NCBI RefSeq assembly: GCF_964204865.1
Contig: NC_135251.1
Span: forward strand, 24,614,001 to 24,678,000
Reading direction: 5' to 3'
DNA from: Styela clava
Taxonomy: Eukaryota
Length of the DNA: 64,000 bases
In this document: in pieces, positions 1 through 10,700 of the stretch
Layout: every line of letters begins with the position of its first letter
How positions within the stretch are numbered: the stretch's first letter is position 1
Translations under genes and position numbers: made by a program
Notes under the pieces: model-generated
Database searches by the model: none
Seen by the model: only the letters and a program-made list of their open reading frames with translations
What the model was told of the DNA's origin: nothing

Positions 1-544
1 GCCAATCAACAAGATGCAAAAAGTGACGTAACAATGCTCCCTTTTCGCATCCGCTCAGACACTTTTCTCACTCAGACAGATTTTCAGGCGCGGTCGTAAA
101 CATTACCTCGTTTTCGCGTTTTTGAACTCTAGTCGTTAATTTTCAGCTGTGTTTCAGAAATTAATATATTAATCTGATAATGCAATGATCACTCTGTCGT
201 CTTAGGAGTTTTAATTTAATTGTAGTAATAAAAAATGAGTGTAGAACTAGCTATGATAGACTAGGCTAAAATTCTTTACCGGTACTTTCAAAAAACAGAT
301 TGTTGTATGCGATAAATCATAATGATGGTTTGAAACAAAGACTTCATTTCACAGGCGCCAACTCGCGAAACTTCTTATAAAATAAGCCCCGAAAATTTTG
401 CAATGGTAAAGTATGGGGAGAATTTTTCGGGGGTCAAAGGTCGGGTAACGGTCCATAGGTAGGTATAGTCATAGTCAAGTTTATTTTTTCAATCCAGTAA
501 GAAAAAATAACATGCAATTTTAAGACGAATAATATTAAATACAC

Positions 545-604
545 ATTTCACTGGGGAAGGGAAGCCGCGAGGAACCAAAGCTGGTTATCAAGCAGCGACA
601 CCCA
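545..604 (-). repeat. Dispersed repeat, probable LINE/SINE 3' tail fragment (second copy at ~24996-25052)
   Basis: GGAAGCCGCGAGGAACCAAAGCTGGTTATCAAGCA occurs identically at ~560 and ~25011, each preceded by ATTTCACTGG. The retroposon-tail assignment is inference. Confidence 0.6.
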
Positions 605-817
605 AAGGTGATCAAAAATTAATAGTTAAAGGCTACTACGGACTAGACTGAACTGAAATGAAGCTATTCTTAGTTTTAAATCGCAAATGTTTGATTTTGA
701 TGGTTGTTATGAACATATAAAACAGTCTGTAAGCGTCAATGTGCCTTAGGTTGCATTACAGTCAACACAGTTCCGACTACATATCAAACTCCCGACTACA
801 TATTAGAATTTAGATCA

Positions 818-2543
818 TCAAGAAAACAAATTTTCAAGTATATTATATGATACCTTGGGTTTTGTATTTCGTCTTGCTGCGTCGTAGGTTCGCCGAACAT
901 CGGATGACGGGTCATATGGTACTGAATACACGGTTCCACCATCACTTTTAGTGGAATGCCTATCATTGAAAGTTCTTTCGGGAGTGCTCATCTTGTAAAA
1001 TCCCCCCGGTCCTGTAACTTCTCGGTTTGTGGTAACAGTATTTCCTCGCTGCCCGAGTGAAAATACGTTTCCATGGTCTCGATATTGGCCGGGCGTCTCC
1101 CTTTTCTTGAAGGATTCATGGTTGTACTGGAGAGTGTTGCCTAGTCCCAACTGAAAATTGAGAATGTTACAACAACTGGATCGCAGGTTTTATTCACATA
1201 ATGCGTAAGATAATAAGTAGTTGAAATTCATGGACAAGGTGTAATTTTATACTAATATATATATAAATCGTGAATAATTAAAAAAATATTTTAATGGAAC
1301 AAATATTTTATTAATTGTAACGGTACCTTATTTATTGATCCGGCATTTATCAGATCCTTGGCACCAGTTTCAGTTATTTTAAGACTGGCTGTTCTCATAT
1401 GATTTCGTTGACCTGGAAAGTGAAATTTTGGTACGTGGACAACTTTTCCTGATGCCGAGGAATACTTTCTTGTATATTTTGAAAGCTCCTCTTCCAAATT
1501 CCGTGAATTCATTCTCGATGCTCTTCTGCGGCGGTTATATGGTGTAGTCGAGCGCCGGGAAATTTGATTTTCGTCAGCGAATCCTTTTATTTTTTTCGTT
1601 TTTGTGTTACCTAGACTTGGTTTGCAATCTGTTGGGGTGCTATCGGGTCTGTGCTTTTCAGTTGAAACGTTGTATACTCCGTAAAGATTCTTATAAGCAA
1701 CTAGGTTCGGTTGTGGGATTGCCTTTTTGTTGGAATCTGGTTCATTGGTTTCGGGCTCATCTAACTTGTCACCGAGATTTAATTCAACGCTGCTGATTCT
1801 GCTGTAAGAACTCGCTCGACTGTAGCCTCTTGCAAATTCTTCACCTATTTCGGGTTGTGAATAATCCTTGATACCCCACGCGACATTGAATAACGCCTGC
1901 TTTGAGGGGGTCGGTGTTCTCCACTTCTTGTAACGATCCTCGAAAAGACGTTCGGCCTCTGATTGTGCTGTCAAATAGTAATTTGTTAACTTTGAGATTA
2001 GAAAATTCATTTGTTAAATTAACTATGCGTTGGTAAAAAAAATTCTAAACAAAGCATTGTCATAAGAGGAAATACGTGACAAAGAGTTCTTCAGTAGATA
2101 GCAAATATCGATATAGTTTTTAATCATTATCTCAACTAAATAGTTGATTCTAGTGCTTGTATTTCAAATCTTATTCCGAACTCACAGTTCATATTTCATT
2201 TTAGCAATTATGTGCTGAGTAGTTATCGCTAGATATAGTATCGCTCCAAATATGGTATCAATACCGCTGAAGTTCATTGTAACGTTTTTGCAATAAAATC
2301 ACCTTTAAAATAAGAACATTCGAGTAATTACCAACTCTAATTAACCCGTATTATAACCTATATGTTCGCTTGGAAAAGAAAATCTTTGTCAATCAATTTC
2401 CTACCTCCTTCGTCTTTGAGTATTTTTGACGCTTTATTGGAGTTATCAAGTGTAGTTCCGAATATTGTTCTGTCGGCTCTTGCCTTCGTTCTGTTTACTT
2501 TTGTGGTCTTATATGCCGGCAAGGCAGCAATTGAAGTAGACAT
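818..2543 (-). CDS. Uncharacterised basic, low-complexity protein (~370 aa), 3 exons: complement(join(818..1150,1327..1967,2405..2543))
   Basis: Three ORF-track ORFs join in frame. Donor G|GTAGGA (exon 1 ends 2405) pairs with acceptor TTTGACAG|CA (exon 2 starts 1967), phase 1. Donor AAG|GTACCG (1327) pairs with acceptor TTTTCAG|TTG (1150), phase 0. Total 1113 nt = 370 aa + stop. Rich in R/K/S/T; I recognise no domain. Confidence 0.75.
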
Positions 2544-3431
2544 TTTTATTCAGGCTTATAATATATTACAGTTATACAATACTTTAATTAGATGTTACTG
2601 TAGTTTCAGAACAATACACAAAACGCTTCATGCCTGATAATTATGAATTGCGGTACGCGTAATCTTAATTGGGAAATTGGTGTAGTGTTCTCAATACAAA
2701 TCGTATTTCCCTTCGCAATATCTACTGTGATTCACTCAGATCGTATCGGATATACGACAAATATCCAAACTACAAAAATACCGCTCTGAACATCCCTTTG
2801 AATGTATCTCACCCGTGAATCGTTTCAGTAAAGCTATTATCAAGCTTTAGATGTAACACTCCTTTGCTAATCGTACCAAAGTAACTGATAAAAATAACAT
2901 TCGAAACATCTGTAAAGTGCTGCACATCCATAATTACGGGAGACACTGGTTGAAACATTCCGTGAGTGGTCCAGCTTTGAAAATGGTGATATATAGTGCC
3001 AAAATCAGTGCAGATATGTTGGACAAAAGCGACACCACAACGCGCGATTTGTTGACATAACTTGTTGGCGAATAATACAAGACTTATTGTTGAAGTATAT
3101 GACAATAGGCTTCGCAATCTGACACTTAATATATGATAGCTATAGTAATTCAATTCACGTATTTTATACATCAACAAGTTTTACCAGACTGTTGGTAACT
3201 ATGACACGAGTTCTTATGTTTGTTCCGTGAGCATTGATTATGAATGCTACATACTACTTTTATTTCAATAGCAAAACCTATTGATACTTTTTGTTCGACT
3301 GACTTCAGATGTTGTGAAATGCACCCTTTGGACGATTTTGTATTGGCTTTATGAAGAAGTGTAGTTCCTATTTCAACTGGTTTATATGTTTATATTCCCA
3401 GTAGTCTTTTCAGCGCATAGTGTCATAGAAA

Positions 3432-3611
3432 GGTACTCCCGTAATGTGCGTACCGGGTTAGGGTAAGGCCATTATTTTATTTCTATTACGAGTTCGGGGA
3501 CTGTCGGAATATACCCCCTGCCCATAGGTTTCAGTCCCTTTCACAACTTGATGTAAAATAGGCAAACAGAATTAGTTACCTCCATATTGGTACATCTACT
3601 TTTGGAGTGCC
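3432..3611 (-). mobile_element. MITE family A, copy 1 (reverse orientation, internally deleted)
   Basis: Reverse complement matches 14925-15138 and 58878-59090 (ATGGAGGTAACTAATT.TGTTTGCCTA, ACAGTCCCCGAACTCGTAATAGAA). Imperfect terminal inverted repeats GGTACTC...GAGTGCC. Confidence 0.8.
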
Positions 3612-3953
3612 CTTATAAGAGATTTCTCTTTTCAATTTCGACCTATGTTGGCAGCCTGACGTGGTTTCCTTTAGCAACTTAACGATGCTATTAAAAGACA
3701 TATATAGTAATGCAAAATTTTATTGCTGGCACGAATCAATGTAAAATAAAACGAATAGAAAATTGCATGCCAGTAAAATAAATAACTATTATATAATATA
3801 CGAACACTATTTCCACATTTTTATTACCAGCTGAAATTGAGCAAAATTGTCAAACTAGCCCCCAAAAATACAAAAGTGTAATTGATCAATAAACTTATGA
3901 ACTGAAAATCAATTACCCAGTCACTTTAAAATAAGTGTTCGACGCACAGACAG

Positions 3954-4312
3954 CAATGAAGTTTTTATTCAACTATACAGATATGCCAACGGAATCATCT
4001 TATGAAAAAAATTGTTTATGAAGTGTAATATGGGTTTATAGGACGTTGCTTGGTAACAATATATAACGTGAAAATTATAATAAGAAAAATAAAAAATAGT
4101 AAAATTTCATAACAAGCATTGATGCCAAGTCAATGAAGCAATTTCAGCTATGAATTACCCAATGGAATAATTTTGTAATAAAATGTTTATGAAGTGTAGT
4201 ATGGGTTATATAAAACGGAGCTTGGTAACTATATAACGTTAAAATAATAATAGAAAAAATAAAAAGTAGTAAAATTTTATAACAAACATTAATGCTAAGT
4301 CAATGAAGCAAC
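3954..4312. repeat. Diverged tandem duplication, ~180-bp unit x2
   Basis: TGTTTATGAAGTGTA.TATGGGTT, GCTTGGTAAC, TAGTAAAATTT.ATAACAA.CATT and AAGTCAATGAAGCAA each occur twice, about 180 bp apart. Confidence 0.8.
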
Positions 4313-4703
4313 TTTATATATGTCTTGCTTCACAGGTCAAGCCATTATTTTACTATTCTGTTTAGTGCGTTGTGTGCCGTACTGCTTGGTTCAAGCTCGT
4401 GTCTGAATTTTAAAGAAGCATACAAACGTTATTCATATCATTCAATGTATCATCATTGTGGAAAGATTCATCATACAATGCCATATTTGATGGCATTCAA
4501 TCCGTTATTGCAATGCAAGAAACTTCGCCTCGGAAAGAAATTTTCTCAAATCGGGTTTGCAGTTTCGATTTTGGACATTGGAAATTAGTCGATTTACAGT
4601 TCTGCGTTAGAAGTTGGTATGCGTTAGGTAGGTAATATGTTATCAATTATTTTTCCATCTCCATCATTAGCAACATTCCACTCCCTTTTTGGTTTGTTTC
4701 CGC

Positions 4704-7700
4704 TCACGTTGTTGTGTTTGTCATATTGGTTTGGCATGCCGTGTTTACCAGTTTACGCATCAAACCAGAAGAATTGTCCCGTTTTAGAAACGGCGTTGTA
4801 TCAGACAAATGACCACTATCAATCGAATTTTGATATTGTGTCAACGGTCGACGAAAATAGTTTTCGTCTGGTAATTCCAGACCGTTCTCTTGATACGCAG
4901 TACTGCTGTTGTCTGTAAGACCTAGCATGATAGTTTTTGAAAAATAATTTGGCCCTGTTTGCATAAAATTGGTCGAATTGATTTCCATTGGAGGTGGTAG
5001 TATGCCACTTGTGGTGGCTGACGGTGCAGTCCCCGATTCTACTGATGGAGATGAAGTCACTGCTGAGGCAATTGGGCTAAATGGACTCAGCAGTTCTGAG
5101 CGTAACGAACCTATAGATCCAAATATTTGATTGCTGGTGTCGTACACGTCATTGCATTGTGGATCAGGAATTGAATCGGGAAGTGGTGATGGTATCCTGA
5201 AAGGAAATTGGTCTTCTTCATCTTTTGCTATATTCGTATCGGAAGATTGTACGTTCTGGAATTCTAGTGGAATCAAATCGTCACGTTCTTTTTCGTTCTT
5301 GTCATTATGCATGGGTGAATCTTGTCGCAAGTTGTTCCGCAGTGCTTCGAGGTGATTCATAACCGATGAGTTCCATTCCTTTATGCTTTTCATATGTAAG
5401 CCACAATCAGTTGTTGACGTTGAATTATCGGTGGAAGAATATGGATGGATGGAATCGGAAGATAGCAAACTTGGTATTCTAATCATCCCCCCTGTTTCAT
5501 TTTCTGGCACCTTCGTTTCATTCAAAAGTGTTTCATGCGTTGCTTCGTGCTCTTCAGAATTTACAGGGCTCAATTTTTCTTTCCGGAACCTGACTCGTTT
5601 TTCACCATTTCCATCAGGGAACATGTTATCAAGTCTTGCCGATATACTACGTGACATTTTTCTTGAAAGGGCATCAGCTGAATTGTCTGGGGACAAATTG
5701 TTATTAAGTATTTCATCCATACTTCTGTACTCCGCAGCAGATTTTCTTGCAGCGTTAAGAAAACCGGGAGTCCATGTCGAACAACCCGACGCGTAGTCCA
5801 TGTGGTATTCGTCAGAACTTGTTGTTTTATGAGATACAACTGTTGGGGAAGAATATTTACCTAGGTTTGTAACGAATGTGTTGCACTCTTTTATACTATT
5901 TCTAGGATATTTCATATGTTCTTCTTCATTAGAAATACCAATGCACCACATTGACTTTTGATCTTTTCCTGAAATGTTGCCGTCAGATTGTTTTCTTCTC
6001 ACACTGCCATCTTTGCGGTTCATATTTTGAGTATCAACAGTCACAATATCTTTTCCAATTTCCAGTTCCCCTAGTGTTGTTTGATTTCTTTCATCCTTTT
6101 TCAGATCGTTTAATTTAAATGTAGTTTCATCATCACGATGAAATCGAATTTTTTTCTTCTTCACGAGGTAGATTTGCAGAAGTTTCGTTGACTAAAGAAA
6201 AACCATTGCATAAACTTTAAAATACGAAGCGGGGAAGGAAAGGATTAATAGGGAAAAAATCAATTCAAAATCCGATTTGCGCGCTTAATGCCACACACAG
6301 AGAAAAGAACAAGTTTTATACCTGGAAATCGCTGAGATTTGGCGATGTGGTCAAATAACGGAATGCTGATCACTTGGCATATGATAAAAAAAATGTAACT
6401 TGAAAGTGATTCGACAAGTAATAAAACCAAATAATAATGATTAAGTCGTCTCATTAACTTTCCTCTCCCTTCGGGATAAACATGTAAATCCATAAGAAAT
6501 CCCAGGCATGTGTTGGGATTTCCACAGTATATATATTAATATATATATATATAATCACCGATATTTTTACAACTAATGAACAGGCATCTTATCATAGAAT
6601 ACAATGGCATTTGGAAGTAAATGAATAAAAGACAATTGCCGTTTATTGTTCGAATTAAATAATAAATAATGAAAGAGCACATGAATCTCACCTTGAGAAA
6701 AATGCAAACAACGTTCTTTCCAATGAATATAGATGATACTCCAGCAAATCTGTTGCTCACCAGTAAAACCAACCTAATTGCTGTCGTTGCTAGATTAATA
6801 GTCACAAAACTTGCCAAAAGATAGATCAGCATTTCATGAGGTCTGGACTGAAATCGATAAGTAAATATTCGGTCATGACTCATATATGAAGCAGTTTCAC
6901 TTCCTAGTTATATCTCTGTAGAATATTGGTGATAACGATGATTCCAAAGTCAAATATTTATACTATTAAAATTGTGGAAACCATAAGCTTTGACTAGACA
7001 TGTGACTAGAATTTCTATTTCAGATTGCACGAAAAAACAAGTGGTTGAAATGTAGCTGTTATGTCCCTAGGTGAACTTTTGCATCCGTATGCAATATTTT
7101 GTAATAATGCGGGCGGCATTGATTTTCAATTAAAACACTTATTGAGTTAATTCCCATACAACTTAATAATAGTTTGATAACTTGCGTGTTTCATAACCAA
7201 TATGCACAACCGCAACAAGATAGAGCACTTAAAAGTATATGGATGCCGAGAAACTCGTTAGGGTATACTTTCATGTATATTATTTAAGTAGAAGCAGCCA
7301 CACACGAGGCACCCTGGCCAAAGTTTCATGAAAAAGAAATATTTTAAACATGTCGAGGCATCCATTGTTGGTTCAGATTATATTACCCATAATGCAAATC
7401 CAGTCACGCGTTCACTCACCTGGTTTCGTTTGCTCATTTCGGCTAGAGACAGTGGGGGTAAAACGATCAGTATGATATAGCAATAAAAATAAATGAATCC
7501 AACAGTGATGTAGGGTAGCTCTCCTTGATTTGATTCCCACATGTTTGATTGTAAATCCAACAAGTCTAGGAGGTCGACTACAACCCAGAATGCTCTCATT
7601 TTTATTTCGTCAAGCTCTCGCAGATTTGAAACGCCTTCAAGATAATCGGCTCCAAGGAGAAGAAGGTAGAAACCTGGTATAAAAACAGCTTGGAATAATG

Positions 7701-10700
7701 TTAGTGTTTTTTTCGTTAACATGTCATAATCACACGTCTTCAATATATTGCCATAAACACTGCGAACACCAATTTGTGCATAGGCCAGCATTAGTTCTTC
7801 CGTAGAGAGATTCTCCTTTCCTGAAAATACTAGCTCTGGTTGGAAAATAGAAGCGGGTTTTTCTTCTTCGATAACAGCCAAACTTTGTTCGATCGCCTTT
7901 TCGACTTCCGTGAAACATTCTTTCCTCACGTTCTCTTGCACGAAATACATTTTAATGTCAAGAACAAATATCAGTAGGAACCATTCGGCCATAGAACACC
8001 CCCTCTTCATTGATCGAACTTCTGTACCGACCCATACGCCGACATATCTGTCAAAATATGTGATCATATTCAGTCGGTAATAATCTCTTCGTTATTTATT
8101 TATAGTGAATTTACTAGCATTATGATGTTACAAGGTTTTCGATAATCCCAAACATTTGGAATGATATTAAAATCGGATGCAATTCAAATATACTTCAAGG
8201 GATATTTCTTTAGATGGTATATACTGTATAAAGTTTCGTTTATCGATACAAGACTTCTTCAGAAATGGCAATCACTAGAGATATTGTGAGTCACAATATC
8301 ATGATTGAATACGTTGGCAATGAAGTACAAGAATGGATTCGGGCCTTTCTGCGGATTTATCAATCTCATACGTGAACCCAACACAAAAACTGACTTGTGG
8401 GTTGAACATTGATAAAATATATATTAATTTTCGTTTGAAAATAGTCTTTCCAAGTAAAAACACATATATATAACTACAAATTGAGCCAAAGATACATTAT
8501 GCTTTTTACAAGACAAAACCACGGCGACTTATATGGAATACTTTCAAAGTACAATTCTATGTTAACCACCGTGCTCTGTTGCTGCTTTCGACTGAGGTAA
8601 CCATGTAAGTGATGTATAATTGATATAATTCACGTGAAAATACACTGAATTTCTACCTGCTTATTCAGTTTCGACGTGTCGGAAAAGCACTTTAATACAA
8701 CTGTATATTTATCCGGTACCTCTGATTATGATTTTCCAGACTTAGCCAAAACTATTAAGTGAATTATTCATAACAGATTTATTCACATATTTTTATTTAT
8801 TATCCAGCCATCTAGTTAGTATTTAACATTACACAGTTTACCAGGTAAAGAAATTTCGCAGAATATGAAAAAGCTGAAGCCAAAGAATACTCCGATTGAA
8901 AATCGAATATTTGTGATCGTTTTCGGAGTGTAGATGAAAAGTAGTATTTTTTTTTTCAAATTTCAATATTTTAAGGGAGTACATTAGCCGATATATATTT
9001 AGATTTGGACGCAATTTAGTCTCGGGTTTTGTTAATACTTGGATAGATCTGATGCACTTCTGTTTACCCAACGCTGTTTGGTATAGCTATGTTGCATTCA
9101 TATTTAACGGAAAAATTTAACGTACGATATATTTTGTCCAATATTTTAAGTGAAATTGGATGATTCAAAGTAAGGGTGCTTGTTTATTTGGCCCAAAATA
9201 TCATTAGCGTTTACGGATGCGAATTGCATAAACAATACCGACACTTAACGTGTTTGTTGGTGGTGTTATATGACACTAAATTAAGTAAACTGGAAATTAT
9301 ATTTTATTATACCGCTTCCGATTTTGAGTAAGGACTTTTAATAATTATTTCCTAATGCGTCATTAAATTTGAAACTTAATTATTATGGATAGAAGAGATG
9401 TAGATAATGTCTTAGATAGGCATTTAGACCTTACCCATGTCTGTTTTGGCTACTACGCGAACGGGGCAATTGAAATTTCATCCGTTTTCTTCGAATTTCT
9501 TCTTTTTCAATAATTCATGGTCGATATTGCAAAAATTAGGCAACTGCATTATCTTCCACGTGGTCTATCTGGACGGTTGTGATAACTATATCAGGTAACC
9601 CGAAATAGAAAAATGAGCCATAATCTCCTCGAATAGTACTATGATTGAACGTGGCCGATTATACTTTACAAGGTGGTACTACACGAATATTACCTGATCT
9701 GTCTGGCGCTTTTAGACTCCGAATAATTACCAGCCCTTCGTCTATAAAAATTTGTTAGTTATAATAAAAATTAATTTGCATAGAGCTTGTTCTGAGTAAA
9801 CAAACGAATGTTATTTTGTACACTTTTTATTTAGCTATTATTTAGTTCAAAATCCCATTTCAGGTTTATCTTATTTAGCAAAAAGTCGTTTTTTTCCATA
9901 AATTTAATAAGTGATCAACTAACTATACACCCAACGGATTAACTGTACGACAGTTCATGAGAATGCTAAAATTTTCATTTCATCTACGAAATAGATCGAT
10001 GTGAACTCACTTTTTCCAAGACTAACTTCAATATGAAGTAACTTTTCAAATTGAGGCCTGTGGTGTTGTTATAAATTATGCAGAATATGATTACTGTCAC
10101 TAACCGTTGGACGATAATGCAAGATTGAATGTTAAGGTATAACGAACTCAACGCATATTAAGTTCATGCTGCGGATCTTTACTATATAGCCTATATACGC
10201 ATTTGGTGTGTTTTCGTGGTAGGTCGGCCTTGTGTAGCAAGTACATAAGGATAGTTACTGTGTATTTTAATATTTTCACCACTTATTGTTAGTAGTGCAT
10301 GTTATTTGCCTGAAACAAGGTCGTTGTCCCAATTCATTTCCTTTATGATATATTTCTCTCACTCAGTGTAGCTTGTCTTTGCCGTTCTTTGTTAGTTAGA
10401 AATTTGGTTTCATCACATATACTTGCTTTAAGGTTTCAAGTGTAATTCGTTATTTGGATCAATTCGATTGTGCAACCTTACAATATAACAATTGGCATTC
10501 AATACATTGTGTGCATTTTGACCTCTGAAGGAGTCAAGATCGGAGTTACACTCTGTTAACGTGTGTTCAATAACACGGGAGTGTGGACACGCAGATAGGG
10601 TCGAATCTTTGTTGCCCTATACTACTGTCTAAAATAATTATGGCACATTTTACATTTTAATTCGATTATCCATAATTACTCAAGAACTGATATGAATATA

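Noticed and set aside
2358-2404. ORF 2358-2543 as a stand-alone 61-aa gene
   Set aside because: A phase-1 donor at 2404 joins it to the 1967 acceptor, so the last residues are intron read-through.
2809-3177. 122-aa minus-strand ORF
   Set aside because: TTG start, no recognisable motif, and no phase-consistent link to neighbouring exons.
4637-5839. Several ORFs overlapping the TMEM121 tail exon
   Set aside because: Antisense or alternate-frame shadows of a real coding exon.
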